Of a DNA stretch of 64,000 bases, positions 18,863 to 27,798 are shown piece by piece. Under the pieces are notes generated by a model. It made no database searches. It was given only the letters and a program-made list of their open reading frames with translations, and was not told the DNA's origin. Position 1 is the first letter of the stretch; each line of letters opens with the position of its first letter. The position numbers and the translations under genes are program-made. The stretch comes from a virus (Duplodnaviria; Caudoviricetes), in IMG/VR virus record IMGVR_UViG_2767802080_000001, positions 25,770 to 89,769 of that record, one strand, 5' to 3'.

Positions 18863-19410
18863 CCGACCACACCCCCGTGCCCGAGCCGTTGAGGGCACCG
18901 ACAGGAACGGAGCTCCAGCCCGTGAGCACGGTCACCTGGCTGCCCCGCGACGCCCTCGCCGCGAACTCCTACAACCCGAACAAGCAGGCACCCCCGGAGT
19001 ACCGCCTCCTCAAGACCTCCATCCTGGAGAACGGGTGGACGCAGCCCATCGTGGCCCGGGAAGTCGACGACCGGCTGGAGGTCGTCGACGGCTACCACCG
19101 GTGGAAGGTCTCCACCGACGCGGAGCTGGCCGCGCTCACCGGCGGCCTGGTCCCCGTCGTCGTCCTCCCTCCGACGGACCCCGCCTCAGCGCGCATGGCC
19201 ACCATCCGCCACAACCGCGCCCGGGGCACGCATCACGTCCTGGCCATGGCCGACATCGTCTCCGACCTCAAGCGCCTCGGCATCCCCGAGGACGAGATCA
19301 GCCGCCGCCTGGAGATGGACCCCGAAGAGGTCGACCGCCTCGCCGACCGCGGCGACATGATCGCCCGCCACGCCCCTGACACCTTCAACCAGGGATGGAC
19401 CGTCGGCTAG
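18859..19410 (+). CDS. IbrB-like ParB-domain protein
   Basis: ANSYNPN..SILENGWTQPIV..VDGYHR..TIRHNRARG. Confidence 0.88.
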   Translation: MTDHTPVPEPLRAPTGTELQPVSTVTWLPRDALAANSYNPNKQAPPEYRLLKTSILENGWTQPIVAREVDDRLEVVDGYHRWKVSTDAELAALTGGLVPVVVLPPTDPASARMATIRHNRARGTHHVLAMADIVSDLKRLGIPEDEISRRLEMDPEEVDRLADRGDMIARHAPDTFNQGWTVG

Positions 19411-19448
19411 CCCCGCCCCACCAGCCCGCCCGCACAAGGAGCCGCAGC

Positions 19449-20174
19449 ATGCCCGCCGCCATGAAGCGCAGCCCTGACGACGAGAACGAGATCCACGACC
19501 TCACCGCGCACACCGACCCCGGGAACTGCGTCGTCACCCCCGTCGCCCACTTCCCGGCCCGCGTCGCCCGCACCGTCACCGACGCCCTCCGCCACCTGGT
19601 CCAGGCCGCCCACCGCTCCCCGGCCGCCACCACCCCCAACGAGGACGGCATCACCCGTGCCCAGACCTTCGAGGAGGGGGAGGTCTACATGCTCGGCGCG
19701 CCCTTCACCGGCTACCCCGCCGACCGGTACCTCATGGACTTCTACGACGTCGTCGAGCGCGACATCTGCTCACGCATGCACCTGCACACCGGGCTCCGCT
19801 ACGTCCGCATGATGACCGGCCCCGGCACCCGCATCCGCGTCGCCTCCCTCGCCCCCATCCACATCACCCACGTCCCCGGCGTCACCGCGTTCCTGCCCGA
19901 GACCTTCGAAGACGACTACCCCGACGCCCCCGAAGACCAGCCACGCACCCGCCACAACCTGGTCATCCCCCCGAACTCCTGGGCCGACATGCAGATCCCC
20001 CGCGGCGTCAGCCACCAGTTCAACGCCCACGGCCCCCACGCCGTCATCGACTCCGTCCACCCCGAGGAGTCCATCGAGACCCTCCGCGAGCACATGACCG
20101 GCTACCGCATGATGGCCCAAACGATCTTCCTCGCCGACGAGCAGCCCCCCGCCCACTCCTGTCGACTCACCTGA
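19449..20174 (+). CDS. Cupin-like metal-binding protein
   Basis: MHLHTG..IPRGVSHQF cupin-like His motifs; AAGGAG RBS. Confidence 0.6.
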   Translation: MPAAMKRSPDDENEIHDLTAHTDPGNCVVTPVAHFPARVARTVTDALRHLVQAAHRSPAATTPNEDGITRAQTFEEGEVYMLGAPFTGYPADRYLMDFYDVVERDICSRMHLHTGLRYVRMMTGPGTRIRVASLAPIHITHVPGVTAFLPETFEDDYPDAPEDQPRTRHNLVIPPNSWADMQIPRGVSHQFNAHGPHAVIDSVHPEESIETLREHMTGYRMMAQTIFLADEQPPAHSCRLT

Positions 20175-20753
20175 CAGCACAGGCGTCACGCACAGGCCCG
20201 CCCAGTAACCCAGGCGGCGGGCCACAGCGCCCCGTGCACAACGCGGACAGACACACCCGGCCACCCGCACCGACGCGCCTCGGGCTAGCCGTCCCGCGTA
20301 CCGTCGCAACCCGGAGTCGTGCAAATCCACATCACGCCCTTGCCGTTAGGCACGGGATGCATCTGTCCATAGCACTTTGGACAAGGCATGGAGAGCCTCT
20401 CAGGAGTGGATGCGGTACCCGCACTCGCACGACCAGCGGACAAGCGGCCCGTCCTTGGTGCCCTCCATGTAGCGCCCGCAGCTCCGCGGGCACGTCATGT
20501 GCACCGTACCGGTGTTCAGATCCTTCACCGTGGCCAGATACGCCTGACGGACTTCCTGCTGCTGGTCCATGCCTGGAGTCTAGGACTCCCGCCAGGCCCC
20601 GTCATCCACGCCCGCACGGACGACCCCCGCCCCTCCCCACAGCTATCCTCATGCGCCCCTCACCTGCACACACCCAGGGAAGCCACCCACATGACCCGCT
20701 AGTTGAAGAGCAAACCTGGACACATTCCGGTCCCCGCACCCCCGAGGAGACCC

Positions 20754-21176
20754 ATGGGCGCCTCAGGCCGACAGCGACTCTCCGCCGTGGAGCGACGCAA
20801 GAACGCCCTCCAGCTCCAGCTCGCAGGCGTCGACCTCCGCACCATCGCCGAACAGGTCGGGTACGCGGACGCCTCCGCCGCGAAGAAGGCCATCGACCGG
20901 GCCATCGCCGACAGCATCAGCCGGGACAAGGAGGACATCGACAGCCTCCGCCGCGACGAGATCATGCGCTACAACCGGCTGCAGGCCGCCTTCTGGTCAC
21001 GGGCCGTCACGGACAAGAACCCGAAGGCCGCGGACATCGTGCTGAAGTGCATCGCCGGACGCGAGCGCCTCCGCGGCCTCCAGGCCCCCACGCAGATCAA
21101 CGTCGACGCGCAGAAACTCGGCAACGAGATCCTCGCTCTCCTCGATGGCGGAGACGACGATGCCGGCAGCGTCTGA
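20754..21176 (+). CDS. HTH protein, probable terminase small subunit
   Basis: RRKNALQLQLAGVDLRTIAEQVGY HTH; overlaps large terminase gene. Confidence 0.75.
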   Translation: MGASGRQRLSAVERRKNALQLQLAGVDLRTIAEQVGYADASAAKKAIDRAIADSISRDKEDIDSLRRDEIMRYNRLQAAFWSRAVTDKNPKAADIVLKCIAGRERLRGLQAPTQINVDAQKLGNEILALLDGGDDDAGSV

Positions 21177-22815
21177 CCCGGAGCGGGCGCTGATCGAGCG
21201 GCAGGTCCTGGAGCTCGTCCGCGCCGGGGACGTCAAGACCCTGCGCCTGCTCCGCGACCGGGCGCAGCGCAAGCGGGACGAGAAGACCGCCCGCCGCATC
21301 ATCAAGTACATGTACGACCCGGCCGGGTGGGCGCGGGACTGTATCGACTGGGGCGACGACGGCGGCACCACCGCGTATCAGGCGGAGATCCTCTCCGCCC
21401 TCGCCGAGCACCACCGCGCGGCCGTACGCGGCCCGCACGGCCTCGGCAAGACCGGCCTCGCCTCGTGGGCCGTCCTCTGGTTCGCGACGACGCGGGAGGC
21501 CGCGGGCATCGACTGGAAGGTCCTCGTCACGGCCTCGGCGTGGCGGCACCTGTCGGTCTACCTGTGGCCCGAGATCCACAAGTGGGCGCGGCGCATCCGC
21601 TGGGACGTCCTGGGGCGGCAGCCCTTCAGCGAACTGCGAGAGCTCCTCACCCTGAACCTGAAGCTGGTGCACGGCGCGGCCACGCCCGTCGCCTCGCACA
21701 AGCCGGAGCTGATCGAGGGCGCGCACGCCGAGTCCCTGCTGTACATGATCGACGAGGCGAAGGTCGTCGTGGACGGCACCTGGGACGCCATCGAGGGCGC
21801 CTTCTCCGGTGGCCGCACCGACCGGACGCTCCCGGAGGCTTTCGCCCTCGCGATCAGCACCCCGGGCCCGCCCGCGGGCCGCTTCTACGACATCCACCGC
21901 CGCGCCCCCGGCCTTGAGGACTGGTGGGTCCGCCACGTCACCCTCGCCGAAGCCGTCGCTGCCGGGCGCATCAGCCCGCAGTGGGCGGAGCAGCGCGCCC
22001 GCCAGTGGGGCCGCGACTCCGCGATGTTCGCCAACCGCGTCCTGGGGGAGTTCCACGCCAGCGACGAGGACTCCGTCATCCCCCTCGCCTGGGTGGAGGC
22101 AGCCATCGAACGCTGGCATGCCTGGGACGGCGCCGGACGACCGGCCCTCGAGGGCCGCCGCATCCTCGGGGTCGACGTCGCCCGCTCCGGCGGCGACTCC
22201 ACCGTGTTCGCGCACCGCCAGGGCCACGCGATCACAGAGCTGGAGATCCACGACCGCGAGGACACCATGCAGACCACCGCCCGCGTACAGGCCGCCGTCG
22301 GCCAGGGCGAGCAGGAGCGGGTGCCGGTGGTCGACTCCATGGGCGTGGGCGGCGGCGTCGTCGACCGGCTCCGCGAACTCAACGTGCCCGTCCTGGCGTA
22401 CACCGGCGCAGCCAAGTCGCGCAGCCGCACGCGTGACGGCGAGTGGGGGTTCACCAACCTGCGCAGCGCCGCCTACTGGCGCGTGCGCGAGCTCCTCGAT
22501 CCCGCCTTCGACGCCGAGCTGCTGCTCCCCCCGGACGACCTCCTCATCAGCGACCTGACTGCGCCGACGTGGAAGACCCTCACGGGCATCCCGCCCAAGA
22601 TCCAGATCGAGCCGAAGGAGCAGCTGGTCGAGCGCCTGGGACGCTCACCCGACCGCGGCGACGCAGTGGTGATGGCGCTCGCCTCCGAGTTGCTCGCCTC
22701 GTCCACCGTGCACGTCCCCGTCCGCCGCGAGACAGACCGGCAGTTGCCGCGGGCCGCCGCACGGTACGGGCGCTCGCTCGGGCATGGCGGGGGCGCAGCA
22801 GGGCCCGGCCGCTGA
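21160..22815 (+). CDS. Terminase large subunit
   Basis: Walker A GPHGLGKT, Walker B MIDEA, ISTP motif, nuclease GVDVAR and SPDRGDA. Confidence 0.92.
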   Translation: MPAASDPERALIERQVLELVRAGDVKTLRLLRDRAQRKRDEKTARRIIKYMYDPAGWARDCIDWGDDGGTTAYQAEILSALAEHHRAAVRGPHGLGKTGLASWAVLWFATTREAAGIDWKVLVTASAWRHLSVYLWPEIHKWARRIRWDVLGRQPFSELRELLTLNLKLVHGAATPVASHKPELIEGAHAESLLYMIDEAKVVVDGTWDAIEGAFSGGRTDRTLPEAFALAISTPGPPAGRFYDIHRRAPGLEDWWVRHVTLAEAVAAGRISPQWAEQRARQWGRDSAMFANRVLGEFHASDEDSVIPLAWVEAAIERWHAWDGAGRPALEGRRILGVDVARSGGDSTVFAHRQGHAITELEIHDREDTMQTTARVQAAVGQGEQERVPVVDSMGVGGGVVDRLRELNVPVLAYTGAAKSRSRTRDGEWGFTNLRSAAYWRVRELLDPAFDAELLLPPDDLLISDLTAPTWKTLTGIPPKIQIEPKEQLVERLGRSPDRGDAVVMALASELLASSTVHVPVRRETDRQLPRAAARYGRSLGHGGGAAGPGR

Positions 22816-22851
22816 CCGGCGGCGGTGCGCATGCCGGCAGCCGCTGGTCCG

Positions 22852-23037
22852 TCAGTCGGGCAGAGTGACAGCGAGGGTGATGTTGTACGCGAGCTCGCGG
22901 CCCTCGCTGCCGTCCGGACCGCGGTCACGGAGGCTGAAGTGAACCGTCGGCCCCACATCGTCCGCCTGGCTGCGTACAACCTTCTCGGCGATCTCCTGCG
23001 TATCGGCCCGGATATTGACGATCGCTTCCCTGGGCAT
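22852..23037 (-). CDS. Small hypothetical protein
   Basis: 61 aa MPREAIV...; GGAG RBS. Confidence 0.45.
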   Translation of the reverse strand: MPREAIVNIRADTQEIAEKVVRSQADDVGPTVHFSLRDRGPDGSEGRELAYNITLAVTLPD

Positions 23038-23087
23038 AGTGGGTCTCCATCCTGGCTTCATTGTCCCGCCGTCCCGCTGGCGGTGCA

Positions 23088-23677
23088 TGTCCTGTGCCAC
23101 TGAATCTTGACCGTTTGCCACTGAACTTTGACCAGTTGCGCCGAGCATCTCCGCGTACTTCGGGCACCGACCTACTCTGTGGTGCCATGGATGACGAGCT
23201 GACCAACGACGACCATCTCCGGGCCCTGGCCGCGCTGGAGGCCGTCGTCCAGAACAACGACAGCGCCCTGGAGGTCTTGGCGGGCGGCGCGCACGAGCGC
23301 CCGCTGGCGGCCCTGCTCGCCGCGTACGGACAGCACACGCTTCACCGCGTCCTGCTCGCCGCGTTCGGCATCGAGGCCGCCATGACCCATGACGAGACCG
23401 GCCAGCGCGTCGCGGAGCTCAACGGCGATCCCATGGCGCGCATCGTCTTCCTCCTGACCGACTCCCTCCACCACCAGGCTGCCCTCGCTGGCGACGACCT
23501 CGTCACCGCCAAACGGATTGGCGGATCCATCCTGCTCGCGATCCACGTCTTCACCGACGCGGACAACCAGGACGCGTTGACCCTGCTGCGCGCCCTGCGC
23601 AACGAGGCCCTCCGAGCTGGCTGACGACGCCGGTCAAAGTTCGGTGGCAAACGGTCAAGATTCAGTGGCACAGGACA
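23088..23677. mobile_element. Non-autonomous transposable cassette (IS21-like ends) with one passenger gene
   Basis: 46-bp inverted repeats (23088-23133 / 23632-23677, 1 mismatch), TGT...ACA ends, 5-bp GTGCA direct repeats on both sides, no transposase. Confidence 0.85.
23187..23624 (+). CDS. Alpha-helical hypothetical passenger protein
   Basis: 145 aa; TACTCT -10 at 23173-23178 suggests a leaderless transcript. Confidence 0.75.
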   Translation: MDDELTNDDHLRALAALEAVVQNNDSALEVLAGGAHERPLAALLAAYGQHTLHRVLLAAFGIEAAMTHDETGQRVAELNGDPMARIVFLLTDSLHHQAALAGDDLVTAKRIGGSILLAIHVFTDADNQDALTLLRALRNEALRAG

Positions 23678-23726
23678 GTGCACGCCAGTGCTGCCCAGCG
23701 AGCAGCACCCGCCTACTATCGAAAGC

Positions 23727-24065
23727 GTGATCGAAGAGCCGGAGCAGGCGCCGCCCTGGCGCCCCGAGCACGGGCCCGCCCCGCAGGTCCACACATGGCC
23801 GTGCGGCGGCCGCCCGGCCTTGGAGGTGTACGCCAACGGCCGGTGGCGCTACGCCCCCGTCGGTGCCCGGCACGACTACGCGGACGGCCGTGTCGCCTAC
23901 CTCGTCGAGGTCGACCTCGACGGCTCCACGAGCGTCAGTCACCGCGCGTACTGGTGGCCTCAGCCCGGCCTCAGGAAGGCCCACGGGCCGGTGGGTGCGG
24001 CGGACGCCGCCATGCCCCGCCCTCACGTGCGCCGCTCCCGCCCGCCCGCGCAGGGGCAGGCGTAG
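23727..24065 (+). CDS. Hypothetical protein
   Basis: GTG 23727 just after TACTAT; Trp/Tyr-rich beta domain. Confidence 0.55.
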   Translation: MIEEPEQAPPWRPEHGPAPQVHTWPCGGRPALEVYANGRWRYAPVGARHDYADGRVAYLVEVDLDGSTSVSHRAYWWPQPGLRKAHGPVGAADAAMPRPHVRRSRPPAQGQA

Positions 24066-24068
24066 CGC

Positions 24069-24437
24069 CTAGGTCATGCCGGCCGCACCGGCCCTCTCCG
24101 GCAGCGGCGCGTACTTCAGCGCGATCCGCGCCTTCACGACGTCCGCCCCGCTGAGCTGCCCCCAGTACGGGTGCGTGATCACAGCCGCGGCCTTCTCTCG
24201 CAGCGCTTCCCGGAGCTCCTCCAGCTCCGCCGCGTCGGCAGGTTCATACCCCTTGCTGGCAGCGCGCGACGACCGCAGCCACCGGTGATCGGCGCCGCTG
24301 TCGTCCCAGCCCTCATGCGGCTCGGCTGCCCACGGCAGCCGGGCGCACAGTGCCGTGTACCTCGCGCTGAGGTCGGCGAGCACGTGCTGTTCCTCGATGA
24401 GGTCACGGGGGAAGTCAAAAGCGGGGGCGTCGGGCAT
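24069..24437 (-). CDS. Hypothetical protein
   Basis: MPDAPAFDFPRDL..LPW..HPYW; high GC3. Confidence 0.65.
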   Translation of the reverse strand: MPDAPAFDFPRDLIEEQHVLADLSARYTALCARLPWAAEPHEGWDDSGADHRWLRSSRAASKGYEPADAAELEELREALREKAAAVITHPYWGQLSGADVVKARIALKYAPLPERAGAAGMT

Positions 24438-24598
24438 GTGCTCGATTTTATGGCCGCGGTGACTGAATCCGTCGCCCGCGGCCCGACGCGGACCCGAGTG
24501 CACCCCGCCTGGCGGCCGAAGGGGGAGTGGCGGCAGGTGCTGCCTGGTTGCCCTACTCTGTCCGCCCCCGTCGCCCCCTTCTTCGACTGGAGACGCCC

Positions 24599-24796
24599 GT
24601 GAGCTCCCCGTTGAACCTGACTGCCGAGCAGCTCCGGAAGATCAGCTCGGCGCTCGACGACATGGCCGATATCACTCGGGCCCATGGTGTCAGCCTCTGC
24701 CCCTACGGCCGACAGCAGCTCGGCCTCGAGGACAACGTGCTCGCGTTCTCATGGGACGGCAGCGCGTACGTCATCGATGACAGCAACGGTGACTGA
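24599..24796 (+). CDS. Small hypothetical protein
   Basis: GTG after GGAG; 65 aa. Confidence 0.5.
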   Translation: MSSPLNLTAEQLRKISSALDDMADITRAHGVSLCPYGRQQLGLEDNVLAFSWDGSAYVIDDSNGD

Positions 24797-24827
24797 GCGG
24801 AGACCCGGGACCGCACGCCCGAGCCAC

Positions 24828-24906
24828 AGATCTTCCGGCTGAAGATCAGAGCAACCGGAGATCTTCCGGCCCTGGCTTATAGTGTCCGCCCGCAACCGGA
24901 AGATCT
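24828..24906. promoter_or_regulatory. Head-operon promoter region with AGATCTTCCGG repeats
   Basis: Direct copies 24828-24838 and 24859-24869, inverted copy 24896-24906; TATAGT at 24878-24883. Confidence 0.55.
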
Positions 24907-24926
24907 CCCGCGCAAGGGGGCGCCCC

Positions 24927-25265
24927 ATGATCGGCCCAGCGGAGTTCGCCCTGCTCGCCGCCGCCAGCTACCGCGGCACGCAGCTCGTCGTCCACGACAG
25001 CATCCTCGACCCCCTCCGAGACCGCGTCGCCGCCTGGGAGGACCGCGCCGACAGCCGCGCCCGCACGGCGCTCCTGACCCTCATCTCCTGCATCTACTGC
25101 AGCGGCTGGTGGGTATCCGGCGCCGTCCTCGCCACCTGGCTTCTCGCCACCGGCCAGTGGCACGGCGTGGCCCCGGCCGTGCACGCCGTCGAGTGGTTCG
25201 CCGTCGCCGGGGTGCAGGCCCTCCTCAACCGCTGGGACGACAGCCGCGATACGGCGGAGTCCTGA
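24927..25265 (+). CDS. DUF1360-like membrane protein with CxxC
   Basis: YRGTQLVVHDSI..LR..LISCIYCSGWW. Confidence 0.75.
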   Translation: MIGPAEFALLAAASYRGTQLVVHDSILDPLRDRVAAWEDRADSRARTALLTLISCIYCSGWWVSGAVLATWLLATGQWHGVAPAVHAVEWFAVAGVQALLNRWDDSRDTAES

Positions 25266-27004
25266 TGGCCAACCTCACCGCCGCCGCCCAGCGCTTCATC
25301 GACCGCCGCCTCAGGCGCGGCAGGAACGCCACCCCGGACAAGGCGTGGCAGCTCGCCGCCTGGGGCTTCTACCGGCGCGTGCCCGAGGTGTACTTCTCCG
25401 CCGCCTACAACGGCCACGCCATGGCCCGCGCCCGCCTCTTCGCCGGACGCCGCGCCGACGACGGCACGATCGAACCGGCCCCCGACGACCACCCCGCCAC
25501 AGAGATCGTCTCTCAGATCGCGGGCGGCCCCGACGGACAGTCCAAGCTCCTCGGAGCGTTCGGCAAGCACCTCACCATCGCGGGCGAGGGCTGGGTCGTC
25601 GTCCGCCCCAACTCCGAGGTGAGAAACCCCGACGTCCCCGAGGACGGCCACGACTGGCTGACCCTGTCCGTCCGCGAGGTCGAGCAGCAGAACGGCAAGC
25701 TGTCCGTCCAGATCGACGGCGAAGACATCGAGATCCCCGCAGGCGACCCCGACACCCTCGACCCCCAGGCGCCCGTGGCGCTCCGCGTATGGACGGCCGA
25801 CCCCGAGCGCGCCATCGAGGCCGACAGCCCCGTCCGCTCCAGTCTCGGCCTCCTCGAAGAGCTGGAACTCCTGAACGCCGCCGTCAAGGCCATCGCCAGG
25901 AGCAGGCTCACGGGCCGCGGCATCCTCCTCGTCCCCAAGGGCGTGCGTTTCCCCACCAAGCCCGGCCAGTCAGACGCCGAGGACGACCTGATCGAGATGC
26001 TGATGACCGTCGCCGAGACGGCCATTCGCGAGCCCGACAGCGCCGCCGCCACCATCCCCATCGTCCTCGAAGTCCCGTCCGACTCGATCGCGAGCTTCAA
26101 GCTGATCACCTTCGAGTCCGAATTCGACGAGCTCGCGATCAAGCTCCGCGAGGAGGCGATCCGCCGCTACGCCACCGGCCTGGAGATGCCCGCCGAGATC
26201 CTCCTCGGCATGGGCGACATCAACCACTGGGGCGCGTGGCAGCTCACCGAGGAGGCGATCAGCCTCGGCATCGAGCCCAAGCTCGCCACGGTCGCCCACG
26301 CCCTCACCCTGCAGTGGCTGCGCCCCCTCCTCCAGGCCGAGCGCGTCCCCGACTGGCACCGGTGGCTCGTCTGGTACGACACCGCCCCCCTGCGCGTACG
26401 CAGCAACCGCAGCCAGGTCGCCCTGGAGACATGGGACCGGGGCCTGATCTCCGACACGGCGGCCCGGCGCGAGACCGGCTTCGACGACGCCGACGCCCCC
26501 GACACGCCCCCGAAGCGCCCGAAGGCACGCACCGAACCCCAGGACGACGACACCAGCACGCCGGAGGTGGACCTGCCCGTGGACGAGACGAACAGCGAAC
26601 CCGACACCCTGCCCGCATCCCTCGCCTACGCCCCGCCCATCGACCCGGCGCTCCTGGCCGCAGCGGACGGCCTGATCTGGGCCGCCCTGTCCGCCGCAGG
26701 GGAGAAGCTGCGCCGCACGCCGGCATGCCCGCGCTCCGAACGCGCCCGCGCCCGCGAGCTCCAGCCCGCGCAGCTCCACACGATCCTCATCATCGAGCAG
26801 GACGAGGTCGACCGGTGGCGTCTCCTCGACGGCGCATGGGCGCGCCTGCCCGAGGTCGCCGACCGCTACGGCGTCGACCCGGACTGTCTCACCGCAGCCC
26901 TGGACACCTACGCCCGGGAGCTCATCACCGCCGGGGTCGAGCACTCCTACGACCTGGTCCCCAGCGCCCTCCACCCCTGCACGGCCGCGCGGGAGGCCGC
27001 ATGA
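25265..27004 (+). CDS. Portal protein
   Basis: Position after terminase; ~579 aa; PAEILLG..NHW motif. Confidence 0.75.
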   Translation: MANLTAAAQRFIDRRLRRGRNATPDKAWQLAAWGFYRRVPEVYFSAAYNGHAMARARLFAGRRADDGTIEPAPDDHPATEIVSQIAGGPDGQSKLLGAFGKHLTIAGEGWVVVRPNSEVRNPDVPEDGHDWLTLSVREVEQQNGKLSVQIDGEDIEIPAGDPDTLDPQAPVALRVWTADPERAIEADSPVRSSLGLLEELELLNAAVKAIARSRLTGRGILLVPKGVRFPTKPGQSDAEDDLIEMLMTVAETAIREPDSAAATIPIVLEVPSDSIASFKLITFESEFDELAIKLREEAIRRYATGLEMPAEILLGMGDINHWGAWQLTEEAISLGIEPKLATVAHALTLQWLRPLLQAERVPDWHRWLVWYDTAPLRVRSNRSQVALETWDRGLISDTAARRETGFDDADAPDTPPKRPKARTEPQDDDTSTPEVDLPVDETNSEPDTLPASLAYAPPIDPALLAAADGLIWAALSAAGEKLRRTPACPRSERARARELQPAQLHTILIIEQDEVDRWRLLDGAWARLPEVADRYGVDPDCLTAALDTYARELITAGVEHSYDLVPSALHPCTAAREAA

Positions 27005-27204
27005 GCCGCCCCGATCCGCCCGACGACTTCACCGTGCAGATCGGCGGCGTGCGCGCCGAGTGGTGCGCCACATGCAAGGCGTGGACCAAGACCACCGGTG
27101 ACGCGCAGCTCCTCACCCCGGACGGCGTCACCGCCCTCGGCACCTGGGGCGTCTGCCAGATCTGCGAAGACCCCGAGGTTCGCCAGGAGGGACGACGTGC
27201 CTGA
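27001..27204 (+). CDS. Small Zn-ribbon protein
   Basis: CxxC..CxxC; translationally coupled. Confidence 0.6.
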   Translation: MSRPDPPDDFTVQIGGVRAEWCATCKAWTKTTGDAQLLTPDGVTALGTWGVCQICEDPEVRQEGRRA

Positions 27205-27397
27205 CAGTCGCCATCACGCCAGCCTCTGCACCGAGTGCGGCGGCCTCGTCGCTGTCGAGCTGCTGAGACTCCATCCCGCCAGCCTCACCCTCACTGCGGA
27301 GGACGGACAGGTGATCTCGTACGACAACCCGCGCGTCTACGTCGGCCCCGTCGTGAAGTGCACCGCCCGTCCCAGCGCCACCGGAGGCAGCCCGTGA
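27197..27397 (+). CDS. Small Cys-containing protein
   Basis: CTECGG; overlapping start/stop. Confidence 0.5.
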   Translation: MPDSRHHASLCTECGGLVAVELLRLHPASLTLTAEDGQVISYDNPRVYVGPVVKCTARPSATGGSP

Positions 27398-27798
27398 GCT
27401 GCTTCCCTGACGAGTACTACAGGGCCCTGTTCGCCGCCGCCGGGGACATCCCCGCCGAAATCCTCTTCAGCACGGACGACTCCAGCCACTGGGAGGCGTG
27501 GCGGCTCCCTCACGAGTCCCAGGCGCCCGGCACAGTACCGGCACCCAGGAGGGAAGCCCCCGTGCCCGACACCCCCGATGACGAAGAGCCCGCACCCGAG
27601 GGACCGCCCAAGGAGTACGTGGCACCGCCTGGCCACTCCCGCGCCGGGCACCGCGTGCACGGCTGGTGCTCGCGCTGCCCGGGCCGCGAAGTGTGGGAGG
27701 AGCTCCTCGCCTGGCGGCTGCGCGACAACGAGGCCAACGACGAGTCCCCGGCGCCCGACCGGGCACCGGCACCGAGCAGGGAGGCCGCTCGTGGCTGA
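27394..27798 (+). CDS. Hypothetical protein
   Basis: HGWCSRC motif; coupled to neighbours. Confidence 0.5.
   Translation: MSCFPDEYYRALFAAAGDIPAEILFSTDDSSHWEAWRLPHESQAPGTVPAPRREAPVPDTPDDEEPAPEGPPKEYVAPPGHSRAGHRVHGWCSRCPGREVWEELLAWRLRDNEANDESPAPDRAPAPSREAARG

Noticed and set aside
20234-20702. ORFs 20234-21193 and 20388-20702
   Set aside because: Weak codon bias and no motifs; more likely a regulatory or packaging-site region before the terminase, which I could not define.
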